Below are positions 20,728 through 29,720 of a DNA stretch of 64,000 bases, piece after piece. The first letter of the stretch is position 1; every line of letters begins with the position of its first letter. The stretch comes from Candidatus Rokubacteria bacterium RIFCSPLOWO2_02_FULL_73_56. GTDB taxonomy: Bacteria; Methylomirabilota; Methylomirabilia; Rokubacteriales; CSP1-6. The stretch covers positions 27,756 to 91,755 of the forward strand of contig MGCF01000053.1 of NCBI GenBank assembly GCA_001788495.1, in the 5' to 3' direction. A program made the position numbers and the translations under genes. Below the pieces are notes generated by a model. The model saw nothing but the letters and a program-made list of their open reading frames with translations, made no database searches and was not told where the DNA came from.

Positions 20728-21312
20728 CTAGGGGCTGCGAACGCCCCAGAGCCCCGCGCTCACCCGGGCCTCGAAGTAGTGGCCGTAGACGTGCAGGAGC
20801 GGCGTCTGCGCGAGGACCCAGCCGCGGCTGCGGCCGCCCGCCCAGAACTCGGTGAGCCACTCGGCGCCGGGGGCGACCGCGCCCTCCGCGGTCGCCACGC
20901 GCCGGACGCGCTCCGCGGGCACGACGACCTCGAGGTCGCTCCCGCGCAGCGTCTCCAGGGCCGCGAGCGTCCGCGCGCTCACCGCCTGCCAGTAGCCGCG
21001 GAGCGCCGGCAGCTCGATGCGCGCGCTCAGCTCGTCCACCTCGGCGTCGCGCATGCCCGTGCCGACGTCGCGGCGCCCGACGCCGAGGCGCTCGAGCCAG
21101 CCGTCGTCCAAGACCTGAGAACGGTCCAGCACGAAGCGGTTCACGCCGACGTCCTCGATCCGCGCCGTGTGCCAGAGGAGCCACGCCACGGTGTTGACGC
21201 CTGGATGCGGCCGCCCGCGCACCTGCCCCTCGGCCAGCTTGCCGAGCAGATCGTCGATCAGGCGGCGGTGCAGGTCGCCGTAGCGGAGCAGCAGGAAGTC
21301 GATCGCGTCCAT
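20728..21312 (-). CDS. DinB/YfiT-like (DinB_2 / DUF664) family protein
   Basis: 194 aa. WLLWHTARIED is the characteristic motif of this 4-helix-bundle metal-binding family. Confidence 0.65.
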   Translation of the reverse strand: MDAIDFLLLRYGDLHRRLIDDLLGKLAEGQVRGRPHPGVNTVAWLLWHTARIEDVGVNRFVLDRSQVLDDGWLERLGVGRRDVGTGMRDAEVDELSARIELPALRGYWQAVSARTLAALETLRGSDLEVVVPAERVRRVATAEGAVAPGAEWLTEFWAGGRSRGWVLAQTPLLHVYGHYFEARVSAGLWGVRSP

Positions 21313-21313
21313 G

Positions 21314-22219
21314 TCACTCCTGTCCCTCCCACGACGCGTCGGCGACGGCGCGCCAGCGCGCCAGAATCTTCTCGAACTCGTCGGGCGGCAGCGGACCGGC
21401 CTGGAGCAGCGCGGCGTTCTGCTGCCAGCGCTCCGGCTTCGTGGTCCCGACGATCGCGGTGTGCACGCCCGGCACCGCGAGCGTGAAGCGCAGCGCGGTC
21501 GAGACCGCCACGTCCGGCGCGCCCTTCAGGAAGGCGTAGTCGAGCGCCCGCAGGCGCGCCCAGTAGGTCTGGTGGTAGGGCTCCGCGGGCTTCCGCGCGT
21601 GGCGCCAGGCGACGTTCGCGAGCGGCCGCTTGGCGATCACGCCCATCTCGCGTGCGCGCGCCAGCGGCAGCGTGCGCTCGAGCGCCTCCTGGTCGGCGAC
21701 GCTCACCGAGGTCTGGAGCGTGTCGAAGCGGCCGCACTCGACCGCGAAGCGCGCCGCCGCGCCATCGCCGCTGTAGCCGATGTACCGCGCCAGGCCCCGC
21801 GCGCGCGCCCGCTCGAGCGCGTCGATCGCGTCGCCCGCCCGCAGCTCGGCGAGCGAGCAGCTGTGGAGCTGGATCAGGTCGAGGTGGTCGGTCGCCAGCC
21901 GCGAGAGGCTCCGCTCGATGCTCGCGAGCAGCGCGGCCGGGCGCCAGTCCGGGCGCCCCCACCCCGCGGCGTGTCCGCACTTGGTGAAGAGGGAGAACTC
22001 CCGGCGCCGGGCGCCGACCGCCGCGCCGATGAGGCGCTCGCCGTCGCCGTAGCACTCGGCCGTGTCGATCGCGTTGAGCCCGGCGTCGAGCGCGCTCCCG
22101 AGCAGCCGCGCGACCGCGCGGACGCTCACACGCTCGTAGCCGATCTCGGAGCCGCCGAAGCCGAGGACACTCGCCACGATGTCGGTCCGGCCGAGCCGGC
22201 GGCGCGGGAGCGGGTCCAT
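21314..22219 (-). CDS. aldo/keto reductase
   Basis: 301 aa with the AKR catalytic region (DTAECYG..., LIQLHS). Confidence 0.85.
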   Translation of the reverse strand: MDPLPRRRLGRTDIVASVLGFGGSEIGYERVSVRAVARLLGSALDAGLNAIDTAECYGDGERLIGAAVGARRREFSLFTKCGHAAGWGRPDWRPAALLASIERSLSRLATDHLDLIQLHSCSLAELRAGDAIDALERARARGLARYIGYSGDGAAARFAVECGRFDTLQTSVSVADQEALERTLPLARAREMGVIAKRPLANVAWRHARKPAEPYHQTYWARLRALDYAFLKGAPDVAVSTALRFTLAVPGVHTAIVGTTKPERWQQNAALLQAGPLPPDEFEKILARWRAVADASWEGQE

Positions 22220-22240
22220 GGCGTGCTACGATACCGCGCC

Positions 22241-23251
22241 ATGACGACCGAGTCGATCCAGGTCGGGGTCCTGCTGCCCACGCGCGAGGCCGTGATGTCC
22301 GGGCGCTTCGAGACCGCGCCGCTCCTCGCGCTGGCCGAGCGCGTCGAGGCGGCCGGCTACGCGTCGCTCTGGGTGGGCGACTCGCTCCTGGCCCGGCCGC
22401 GCTTCGAGCCGCTGACCCTCCTCGCCGCCGTGGCGGCGCGGACCCGGCGCTGCCGGCTCGGCACCGCGGTCCTGCTCCCCGCCCTCCGCCACCCGCTCGT
22501 CCTCGCGCACGCCGTCGCGACGGTGGACCGCCTGGCCGAGGGGCGGCTCGTGCTGGGCGTGGGGATCGCGCCGGACTCGAAGGCCGTCCGCCGCGAGTTC
22601 GAGAACGCGGGCGTGCCGTTCGCGCAGCGGGTCGGCCGCCTCGTGGAGTCGCTCGCGATCTGCCGCCAGCTCTGGGCCGACGCCGGTGAGCGCCCCGTGA
22701 GCGTGCAGGGGCGGTACTGGAGCCTCGACGAGGCGCGCCTGCTGCCGACGCCCGCGCGCGCGGGCGGCCCGCCGGTCTGGATGGGCGGCGAGGTGGCGGC
22801 GGCCACCGAGCGGGCCGGCCGGCTGGCCGAGGGCTGGATGCCGAACAGCGTCACGCCCGAGGCGTGGGCCGAGGGCTGGGCGCCGAACAGCGTCACGCCC
22901 GAGGCGTGGGCCGAGGGCTGGGCGCGCGTCCTGGCGACCGCGCGGGCCGAGCGCGGCGGGACCGCGCACCTCACGCCCGCCCTCTACACGACGCTCAACG
23001 TCGGCCGCGACGCGCGGACCGCCGAGGCCGAGCTCCGGAAGTTCGTCGAGGGCTACTACGCGGCCCCCTACGAGGCCATCGCGCGCGTCCAGGGCTTCCA
23101 CGCCGGCGACGCCGCGAGCTGCCTCGAGCGCCTGCAGGGGTTCGTGCGCGCCGGCGTCCGCCACATCGTCCTCCGCTTCGGCGGCGGCGACCAGGCCGAG
23201 CAGCTCGAGCGGACGACCCGCGAGATCGTGCCACGCCTCGGGCTCCCGTGA
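22241..23251 (+). CDS. LLM-class (luciferase-like, likely F420/flavin-dependent) oxidoreductase
   Basis: 336 aa from MTTESIQVGVLLP. Luciferase-like TIM-barrel features (LWVGDSLL, TAVLLPALRHPLVLAHAVATVDRLAEGR) are present. It is the 3' part of track ORF 21311..23251 and sits 21 bp from the divergent AKR start. Confidence 0.8.
   Translation: MTTESIQVGVLLPTREAVMSGRFETAPLLALAERVEAAGYASLWVGDSLLARPRFEPLTLLAAVAARTRRCRLGTAVLLPALRHPLVLAHAVATVDRLAEGRLVLGVGIAPDSKAVRREFENAGVPFAQRVGRLVESLAICRQLWADAGERPVSVQGRYWSLDEARLLPTPARAGGPPVWMGGEVAAATERAGRLAEGWMPNSVTPEAWAEGWAPNSVTPEAWAEGWARVLATARAERGGTAHLTPALYTTLNVGRDARTAEAELRKFVEGYYAAPYEAIARVQGFHAGDAASCLERLQGFVRAGVRHIVLRFGGGDQAEQLERTTREIVPRLGLP
22841..22924. repeat. 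perfect 42-bp tandem duplication inside the LLM oxidoreductase CDS (in-frame, 14 aa duplicated)
   Basis: ccgaacagcgtcacgcccgaggcgtgggccgagggctgggcg occurs twice back to back. The protein reads ...GWMPNSVTPEAWAEGWAPNSVTPEAWAEGWARV... Confidence 0.8.
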
Positions 23252-23312
23252 GGAGCCCGAGGCCCTGGACGCGCGTCCTCTCGGGCTGAGGGCCGGGCGG
23301 CCGGGCGCGATC

Positions 23313-24707
23313 GTGTCGCCGATGGGCGCGGGCCCGGCATACACTGGAACCGTGCAGCCAGGATTCGGTGAACCGCGCGGCCGCCGGCGGGCCCTCCGGC
23401 CCACCGCGCGCTCAGTGGCGCTGCTGCTCGTTCCGGTGGCGGTGGCTGGGTGCTGGGGAGACCCGTCGAGCGCGGTGGAAACCGCCAAGGCCGCATCGGC
23501 CCGCGCCCTGGCCGTCAGCGTGGCGCCCGTCGAGGCCCGCGCCGTGGACCGGACGGTGGACGTGACGGGCAGCCTCCTCGCCTGGGAGGAAGTGGTCCTG
23601 AACACCTCCATCGCGGGCACCGTCGCGCGGCTGCTCGTCGACCTCGGCGACCGGGTCCGGCCGGGCCAGGTGGTGGCCGAGCTGGACCCGCGCGAGTCGA
23701 ACCTGGCCGTGGAGCGGGCCGAGGCGGCGCTCGGCGCGGCGCGCGACGCCCTGCGCCGGACGCACGCTCAGGCCGACGCCGCGCAGGCCCAGCTCCAGCA
23801 GGTCCGCGAGAGCCGGCGCTCGCTCGAGGCCGCGCTGAACCGGACGCGCGCCGCGCTCGAGGAGACCCGGGCCAACCTCGCGCGGATGCGCACGCTGGTC
23901 GCGGCGGGCCTGATCGCCCAGCGCGACCTGGACGTGTCGCGCACCCAGTACGAGGCCGCGCGGGCGCAGCACGAGATCGCGCAGGTGGAGCTGCGCCAGT
24001 ACCCCGACCGCGTGCGCGTCGCCGAGGCCCAGCTCGAGAGCGACCGCTCGGCGGTGCGCGTGGCGGAGGCCGACGGGAGGCAGCGCCAGGCGGAGCTCGG
24101 CCTGGCCAAGAAGAAGCTGACCGACGCCACCCTGCGCGCGCCGATCGGGGGCGCCGTCGCCCGGCGCCACCTGAACCCGGGCCAGTACGTGCCGGAAAAC
24201 ACCCCCGTGTTCACGCTCATGCGGAGCGACCCCCTCAAGTTCACGGGCACCGTGGCCGAGCACGCGGCGCTCGAGGTCCGGCCGGGCCAGACCGTGCGGC
24301 TGCGCGCCGAGCCGGCCTCGGGCCGCACCTTCGCGGGACGCGTCACGCGCGTGAGCCCCGCCGTCGACGTGACGAGCCGCACGATGCTGCTCGAGGCCGA
24401 GGTGCCCAACCGCGAGGGGCTGCTCAAGCCCGGGCTGTTCGCCCGCGGCGCCGTCGTGCTGCGCCAGGACCGGGACGTGGCCTTCGTGCCGGAGAGCGCC
24501 GTGTCCTACTTCGCCGGCCTCACCCGGGTCTTCGTCGTCGCGGACGGCACCGCCCGCGAGCGCACGGTGACCCTCGGCACCCGCAAGGACGGGATGATCG
24601 AGGCCGTCACCGGCGTGCGGGCGGGCGAGCAGGTCGCCACCTCGGGCCTCGCCCAGCTCCAGGACGGCGCGCGGGTGAGCACGGCGCCGCCCGGACGGCG
24701 GCGCTAG
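23313..24707 (+). CDS. efflux RND transporter periplasmic adaptor subunit (HlyD/MFP family)
   Basis: Coiled-coil plus beta-barrel MFP sequence. A lipobox-like LLLVPVAVAGC lies near the N-terminus. The 5' end is uncertain (GTG 23313, or downstream GTG 23415). Confidence 0.8.
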   Translation: MSPMGAGPAYTGTVQPGFGEPRGRRRALRPTARSVALLLVPVAVAGCWGDPSSAVETAKAASARALAVSVAPVEARAVDRTVDVTGSLLAWEEVVLNTSIAGTVARLLVDLGDRVRPGQVVAELDPRESNLAVERAEAALGAARDALRRTHAQADAAQAQLQQVRESRRSLEAALNRTRAALEETRANLARMRTLVAAGLIAQRDLDVSRTQYEAARAQHEIAQVELRQYPDRVRVAEAQLESDRSAVRVAEADGRQRQAELGLAKKKLTDATLRAPIGGAVARRHLNPGQYVPENTPVFTLMRSDPLKFTGTVAEHAALEVRPGQTVRLRAEPASGRTFAGRVTRVSPAVDVTSRTMLLEAEVPNREGLLKPGLFARGAVVLRQDRDVAFVPESAVSYFAGLTRVFVVADGTARERTVTLGTRKDGMIEAVTGVRAGEQVATSGLAQLQDGARVSTAPPGRRR

Positions 24708-24719
24708 CGGAGCGCGCCC

Positions 24720-27700
24720 GTGCAGCGGCTCGCCGAGGTCTGCATCCGCCGGCCGGTGTTCGCGGCCATGCTGATCCTGTCCCTCGTCGTGGTGGGCGCC
24801 GTGTCCTGGGCGCGCCTCGGCGTCGACCGGTTTCCGGTGGTGGATCTCCCCACCGTGCTCATCCGCACGCAGCTCCCCGGCGCCTCCGCCGAGGAGGTCG
24901 AGATCCAGATCTCCCAGCGGATCGAGGAGGCCGTCAACACGGTGGCGGGCATCGACGAGCTGCGGTCCATCTCCTCGGCCGGCAGCTCGATCGTCATCAT
25001 CACCTTCGATCTCGCCCAGAGCATCGAGACCGCGGCCCAGGACGTCCGCGACCGCGTGGCGACGGTGCTGCGCGACCTGCCGCAGGACGCCGAGCCGCCC
25101 ATCGTCTCGAAGTTCGACAACGAGTCCGCCCCGGTGCTCACCGTGGCGCTGTCCGGCGACCGGCCGATCCGGGAGCTGACGGAGCTCGCCGACAAGGTCG
25201 TCAAGCTCCGGCTGGAGCGCGCGAGCGGCGTCGGCCAGGTGCAGATCGTCGGCGGGCTCGAGCGCGCCATCAACGTCTGGATCGACGCCGACCGGCTGGC
25301 CGCCTTCCGGCTGCCGATCACCGCGGTGCGCGAGGCTCTCGTGCGGCAGAACGCCGACCTGCCCGGGGGCAACGTCACGGGCCGGGCGCGGGAGCACTCG
25401 CTGCGGACGATGGGACGCCTGCCCGACGCGCGGGCCTTCGACGAGCTCGTCGTGAGCACGGTGGGCGGCGTCCCCGTCCGGATCCGCGACCTCGGGCGCG
25501 CGGAGGACGGCACCAAGGAGCAGCGCTCGATCGCCCGCCTCAACGGCTCGCCCGCGGTGATCCTCGAGGTCCGCCGGCAGTCCGGCGCCAACACGGTGGC
25601 GACGATCGAGGCGGCCAAGGCGAACCTCGCGCGGGCCGCCGCCCGGCTGCCCGGCGGCGTCCGGGTCGAGGTCCTCCAGGACCAGTCGCGCTACATCTAC
25701 GCGGCCCTGCACGAGATCAACGTGCACCTCGTCCTCGGCGCGATCCTGGCGTCCCTCGTGGTGCTCGCCTTCATGCGGAACTGGGCCTCGACCGTGATCG
25801 CGGCCGTCGCCATCCCGGCCTCGGTGATCACCACGTTCGCGATGATGCGCGCGCTCGGCTTCACGCTGAACAGCGTCACCATGCTCGCGCTGGTGCTCAT
25901 GGTCGGCGTGGTGATCGACGATGCCATCGTCGTCCTCGAGAACATCTTCCGGTTCATGGAGGAGAAGCGGATGCGGCCGTTCGAGGCCGCCCGGGCCGCC
26001 ACGGCGGACATCGGCCTGGCCGTCATGGCCACGACGCTGTCGCTCGTGGTGATCTTCGTGCCCGTGTCGTTCATGTCGAGCGTCTCCGGGCGCTTCCTCT
26101 ACCAGTTCGGCCTGACCGCGGGCGTGGCCGTGCTGGTGAGCCTGCTGGTCTCCTTCACGCTCACGCCCATGATGAGCGCGCGGCTCCTGCACCCGGAGAG
26201 CGCGGGCGCCGGCGAGGCGCGCTCGCGGCGCGGCTTCTACCGCGGGCTCGACCGCGGCTACACGGCCGCCCTGGCCCTCTGCATGCGCCACCGGCTCGCC
26301 GTGAGCGCCGTCGCCGTGGCCGTCGCCGCCTCCGCGGTCCCGCTCTACGGCCTCCTCGGCAAGGACTACCTGCCGAGCGGCGTGGACGAGGGCGAGTTCG
26401 AGGTGCGGGTGACCGCGGCCCAGGGCCTGAGCCTGCCCGCGATGGACGCCCTCGTGCGGCGCATCGATGCCGAGATCCGGAGCGTCCCGGGGGTGCGGCT
26501 GGTGCTGGCCACGACCGGCGGCTCGTTCCTGGGCGCGGTGAACGAGGCGCGCGTCTACGTCGGCCTCGTGCCCCACGAGGCGCGCGTCTTCTCGCTCGGT
26601 CGCCTGGCCGGGGGGCTGCTGCGCGCGGACCCGGGCGCGGCCTTCCGCGACAACCGCTCTCAGCAGGCGGTGATGCAGGAGGTGCGGCGCCGCCTCGGGC
26701 GCGCCGCCGGCGAGGACGTCCGCATCCAGGTGCGGAACCCGGCGGGCTTCCGGTTCGCCGGGGGCTTCATCGACATCGACTTCGTGCTCCGCGGCCCGGA
26801 CCTCGACGCCCTGGCCGCGTACACCGAGCGGCTCCGGCAGCGCGGCGACGACCTCGGCCTGGTGGACGCCGACACCACGCTGAAGCTCGACAAGCCCGAG
26901 CTGCGCGTACGGATCGACCGCGACCGCGCGGCCGACCTCGGGGTGGACACCGCCCACATCGCCACCGCGCTCCGCCTCATGGTGGGCGGCGACGACGAGG
27001 TCACCCGCTTCTACGACGCGCGCGCGAACTACGAGTACGACGTGCAGCTCAGGCTGCGCGCGGAGGACCGGGACGACCCCGGCCTGATCGGCCTCCTGTG
27101 GGTGCCCCGGGCGGGCGGCGGCCTCGCGCGGCTCGACAACCTGGTGACCCTGACGCCCGCCTGGACGGCCTCGCGCATCGACCGCCTGGACCGCCACCGC
27201 GAGGCGCGCCTGCGTGCGAACGTGGCGCCCGGCTACGCGCTGGCCGACCGGGTGCAGGCGCTGCGGGACGAGGTCGTGCGGATGGACCTGCCCCCGGGGT
27301 ACGACACGATCATCTCCGGGCGCGCGCGGGAGCTGGAGCGGACGTTCGGGGAGCTCGTGTGGGCGTTCGCGCTCTCCATCGTGTTCATGTACATGATCCT
27401 GGCCGCGCAGTTCGAGAGCCTCGTCCATCCCCTGACGATCCTGCTCTCGCTGCCCCTGTCGGTGCCGTTCGCCCTCCTCTCGCTCTGGCTCACCGGCAAC
27501 ACGCTGAACCTCTACTCGGCGCTGGGGATCCTCGTGCTCTTCGGCGTGGTGAAGAAGAACGCCATCCTCCAGATCGATCATATGAACACGCTCCGCGCGG
27601 CGGGCATGGACCGGCTCGCCGCCATCCTGCAGGGCAACCGCGACCGGCTGCGGCCGATCCTCATGACGACCCTCACGTTCGTGGCGGGCATGATCCCGCT

Positions 27701-27965
27701 GGCCGTCGGCACGGGCCCCGGCGCCGAGGAGCGGCGGGTCATCGCCGTGGTCATCATCGGCGGCCAGACGCTGTCGCTGCTGCTGACCCTGGTGGCGACG
27801 CCGGTGGCCTATTCCCTGCTCGACGACCTCGGCGCCTGGCTCGGCGCCACGAGCCGCGCGGTCGCCACGGGCCCGGCGGGCCGGCGCCGGCGGCTCGGCC
27901 GCGCGCTCGCGGCCCTGGGGCTCACGCGCGGCGGCTGGACGGCGCCCCCCGTGGATCACCCCTAG
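24720..27965 (+). CDS. efflux RND transporter permease (AcrB/HAE1 family)
   Basis: 1081 aa with a GTG start. N-terminus MQRLAEVCIRRPVFAAMLILSL is canonical, and there are 12 TM segments with two large periplasmic loops. Confidence 0.9.
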   Translation: MQRLAEVCIRRPVFAAMLILSLVVVGAVSWARLGVDRFPVVDLPTVLIRTQLPGASAEEVEIQISQRIEEAVNTVAGIDELRSISSAGSSIVIITFDLAQSIETAAQDVRDRVATVLRDLPQDAEPPIVSKFDNESAPVLTVALSGDRPIRELTELADKVVKLRLERASGVGQVQIVGGLERAINVWIDADRLAAFRLPITAVREALVRQNADLPGGNVTGRAREHSLRTMGRLPDARAFDELVVSTVGGVPVRIRDLGRAEDGTKEQRSIARLNGSPAVILEVRRQSGANTVATIEAAKANLARAAARLPGGVRVEVLQDQSRYIYAALHEINVHLVLGAILASLVVLAFMRNWASTVIAAVAIPASVITTFAMMRALGFTLNSVTMLALVLMVGVVIDDAIVVLENIFRFMEEKRMRPFEAARAATADIGLAVMATTLSLVVIFVPVSFMSSVSGRFLYQFGLTAGVAVLVSLLVSFTLTPMMSARLLHPESAGAGEARSRRGFYRGLDRGYTAALALCMRHRLAVSAVAVAVAASAVPLYGLLGKDYLPSGVDEGEFEVRVTAAQGLSLPAMDALVRRIDAEIRSVPGVRLVLATTGGSFLGAVNEARVYVGLVPHEARVFSLGRLAGGLLRADPGAAFRDNRSQQAVMQEVRRRLGRAAGEDVRIQVRNPAGFRFAGGFIDIDFVLRGPDLDALAAYTERLRQRGDDLGLVDADTTLKLDKPELRVRIDRDRAADLGVDTAHIATALRLMVGGDDEVTRFYDARANYEYDVQLRLRAEDRDDPGLIGLLWVPRAGGGLARLDNLVTLTPAWTASRIDRLDRHREARLRANVAPGYALADRVQALRDEVVRMDLPPGYDTIISGRARELERTFGELVWAFALSIVFMYMILAAQFESLVHPLTILLSLPLSVPFALLSLWLTGNTLNLYSALGILVLFGVVKKNAILQIDHMNTLRAAGMDRLAAILQGNRDRLRPILMTTLTFVAGMIPLAVGTGPGAEERRVIAVVIIGGQTLSLLLTLVATPVAYSLLDDLGAWLGATSRAVATGPAGRRRRLGRALAALGLTRGGWTAPPVDHP

Positions 27966-27994
27966 CCCCCGGCGACGGAGACAGGAGGCCGCGG

Positions 27995-28462
27995 ATGACG
28001 ACGACGCCGTCGAAGGACGGGCCGCTCACGGAGCTCGACCGGGTGGTGCGCGACGCGCTCGCCTGGTTCGAGGGGCCGGGCCGGGCGACCGACGCCCGGG
28101 TGGATCGCTGGCAGGCCCGGGACGTGCTGATGCACTTCCTCTACTTCCACGACGCCACGGCGTGGGGCATCGAGTCGGCGGCGCACGGCGGCCCGGTCTG
28201 GCCGGTGCCGGCCGACTCCGACGCCGTCAACGAGGTGTGCCGGCGGTTGCACGAGCACGAGAGCTACGACGAGCTGCTCGCGCAGGCGCGGCAGGCGCAC
28301 GCGCGGCTCCTGCACGCGGCCCGGCGCGCGCCCGATCTCGAGCGGCCCTGCTTCCAGCGGGCGGCGGGCGAGGTGCTGACGGGACGGCAGCGCCTCGAGC
28401 TGCTGGCCCGCCACTGGGCCGAGCACGTCCGCGAGCTGCAGCAGGCGGCCGGACGGCGCTAG
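27995..28462 (+). CDS. DinB-like / ClbS-like four-helix-bundle protein (155 aa), function unknown
   Basis: MTTTPSKDGPLTELDR... contains W..RDVLMHFLYFHD and WAEHVREL motifs. ACAGGAGG RBS. It is the 3' tail of the spurious 1670-aa ORF 23450..28462. Confidence 0.45.
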   Translation: MTTTPSKDGPLTELDRVVRDALAWFEGPGRATDARVDRWQARDVLMHFLYFHDATAWGIESAAHGGPVWPVPADSDAVNEVCRRLHEHESYDELLAQARQAHARLLHAARRAPDLERPCFQRAAGEVLTGRQRLELLARHWAEHVRELQQAAGRR

Positions 28463-28551
28463 CCCTGCGCTGTATCCCGCATGGCGTGGAGCTCCGGCTG
28501 GACGCCTCGGCCCTCTTGACAGCGTGCCGGGGACCGCCGAGAGTCGTCCGC

Positions 28552-29607
28552 ATGACCACCCGAAAGATCCTTTTCGTCGGTGCCGGAGCGATCGGCAGCT
28601 ACCTCGGCGCGTTCCTGGCGCGCGCCGGCCACGACGTGACGCTCGTGGACCCCTGGGCCGAGCAGGTCGAGACGGTCCGGCGGCACGGCCTCTCCGTGAC
28701 CGGCCCGCACGAGCCGTTCCAGGCACGCCCGGCAGCGGTGCACCTTGGCGAGGCCGCGCGCCTGCCGCGCGACTTCGAGATCGCCTTCGTCGCGATGAAG
28801 GTCTACGACACCGCGTGGGCGACGCAACTCGCGCTGCGCCACCTGGCGCCGGACGGCTACGTCGTCGCGGCCCAGAACTGCTGGCCCGACCCGGTGGTGG
28901 CGGCCGTCGCCGGCGTCTCGCGCGCCGTGGGGCTCGTCATGTCGAAGATCGGCGTGGCGCTCTGGAAGCCCGGCCAGGTCGAGCGCGGCCTGGGGCGCGG
29001 CCAGGGCACGGGGCACGACGTGTTCCGCGTGGGCGAGCACGACGGGCGGCCGACGCCGCGCGCGCGGACGCTGGCCGAGCTGCTCTCGGTGATCGACGGG
29101 GCCCAGGTGACCGACAACCTCTGGGGCGAGCGCTGGTCGAAGCTCTGCGCGAACGCCATGGGCAACCCGGTCCAGGCGATGTCGGGGCTCGGCTCGCTCG
29201 AGATCCTGTCGAGCGAGGTGGGGCGCGCGATCACGCTCCGCCTCGCGGGAGAGTCCGCGCGCGTGGGGCGCGCGTGCGGCTACCGCGTGCCGCCGTTCAA
29301 CCGCGCCTCCGCCGAACAGTGGGCCGACGCCGGCCGGCGCGAGACGTGGGAGGCGCTCGACCGGATGCTCACGCCGACCGCCGCGGGCGGGCCCAACTGG
29401 CGCGCGTCCATGGCGCAGGACGTGGCCAAGGGGCGCCCGACGGAGATCGAGCACATGAACGGCCACGTGGTGGCGCGCGGGCGCGAGCGCGGCGTGGCGA
29501 CGCCCGTCTCCGCGGCCGTGGTCGAGGTGATGCACGAGGTGGAACGGGGCGCGCGCAAGTCCGCGCCCGAGAACATCGGGCTCACGCTCTCCCGCGCGGG
29601 CGTCTGA
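28552..29607 (+). CDS. 2-dehydropantoate 2-reductase (ketopantoate reductase ApbA/PanE) family protein
   Basis: 351 aa from MTTRKILFVGAGAIGSYLGAFLARAGHDVTLV (N-terminal Rossmann fold), with a C-terminal ApbA_C-like region. TTGACA lies 30 nt upstream. Confidence 0.8.
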   Translation: MTTRKILFVGAGAIGSYLGAFLARAGHDVTLVDPWAEQVETVRRHGLSVTGPHEPFQARPAAVHLGEAARLPRDFEIAFVAMKVYDTAWATQLALRHLAPDGYVVAAQNCWPDPVVAAVAGVSRAVGLVMSKIGVALWKPGQVERGLGRGQGTGHDVFRVGEHDGRPTPRARTLAELLSVIDGAQVTDNLWGERWSKLCANAMGNPVQAMSGLGSLEILSSEVGRAITLRLAGESARVGRACGYRVPPFNRASAEQWADAGRRETWEALDRMLTPTAAGGPNWRASMAQDVAKGRPTEIEHMNGHVVARGRERGVATPVSAAVVEVMHEVERGARKSAPENIGLTLSRAGV

Positions 29608-29624
29608 GGGCGCGACATGCGCCC
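29608..29624. terminator. short GC hairpin between convergent genes
   Basis: gggcgc-gacat-gcgccc sits immediately after the panE-like stop. Confidence 0.25.
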
Positions 29625-29720
29625 GGGTCGTCGCGTGCGCTGTCCCGCCGGGCTGCGCGGCGCGCGCGCGGCGCGGGCGGTCAGCGGACGAGGCGGGTGA
29701 AGCGCCGCGAGGCGGAGCGT

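Noticed and set aside
23412-28462. Very long ORFs 23412..27959 (-, 1515 aa) and 23450..28462 (+, 1670 aa), and similar giants 28524..33152, 33540..37145, 16553..19609, 42665..45925, 5145..7754 and 1413..4112
   Set aside because: Their translations are Arg/Gly/Pro/Ala-rich low-complexity text with no domain signatures. They lie antisense to, or out of frame with, well-supported genes such as the RND pump, HK, cyclase and AOR. They are typical shadow ORFs of a >70% GC genome. Only the embedded real genes were kept (27995..28462, 28552..29607 and others).
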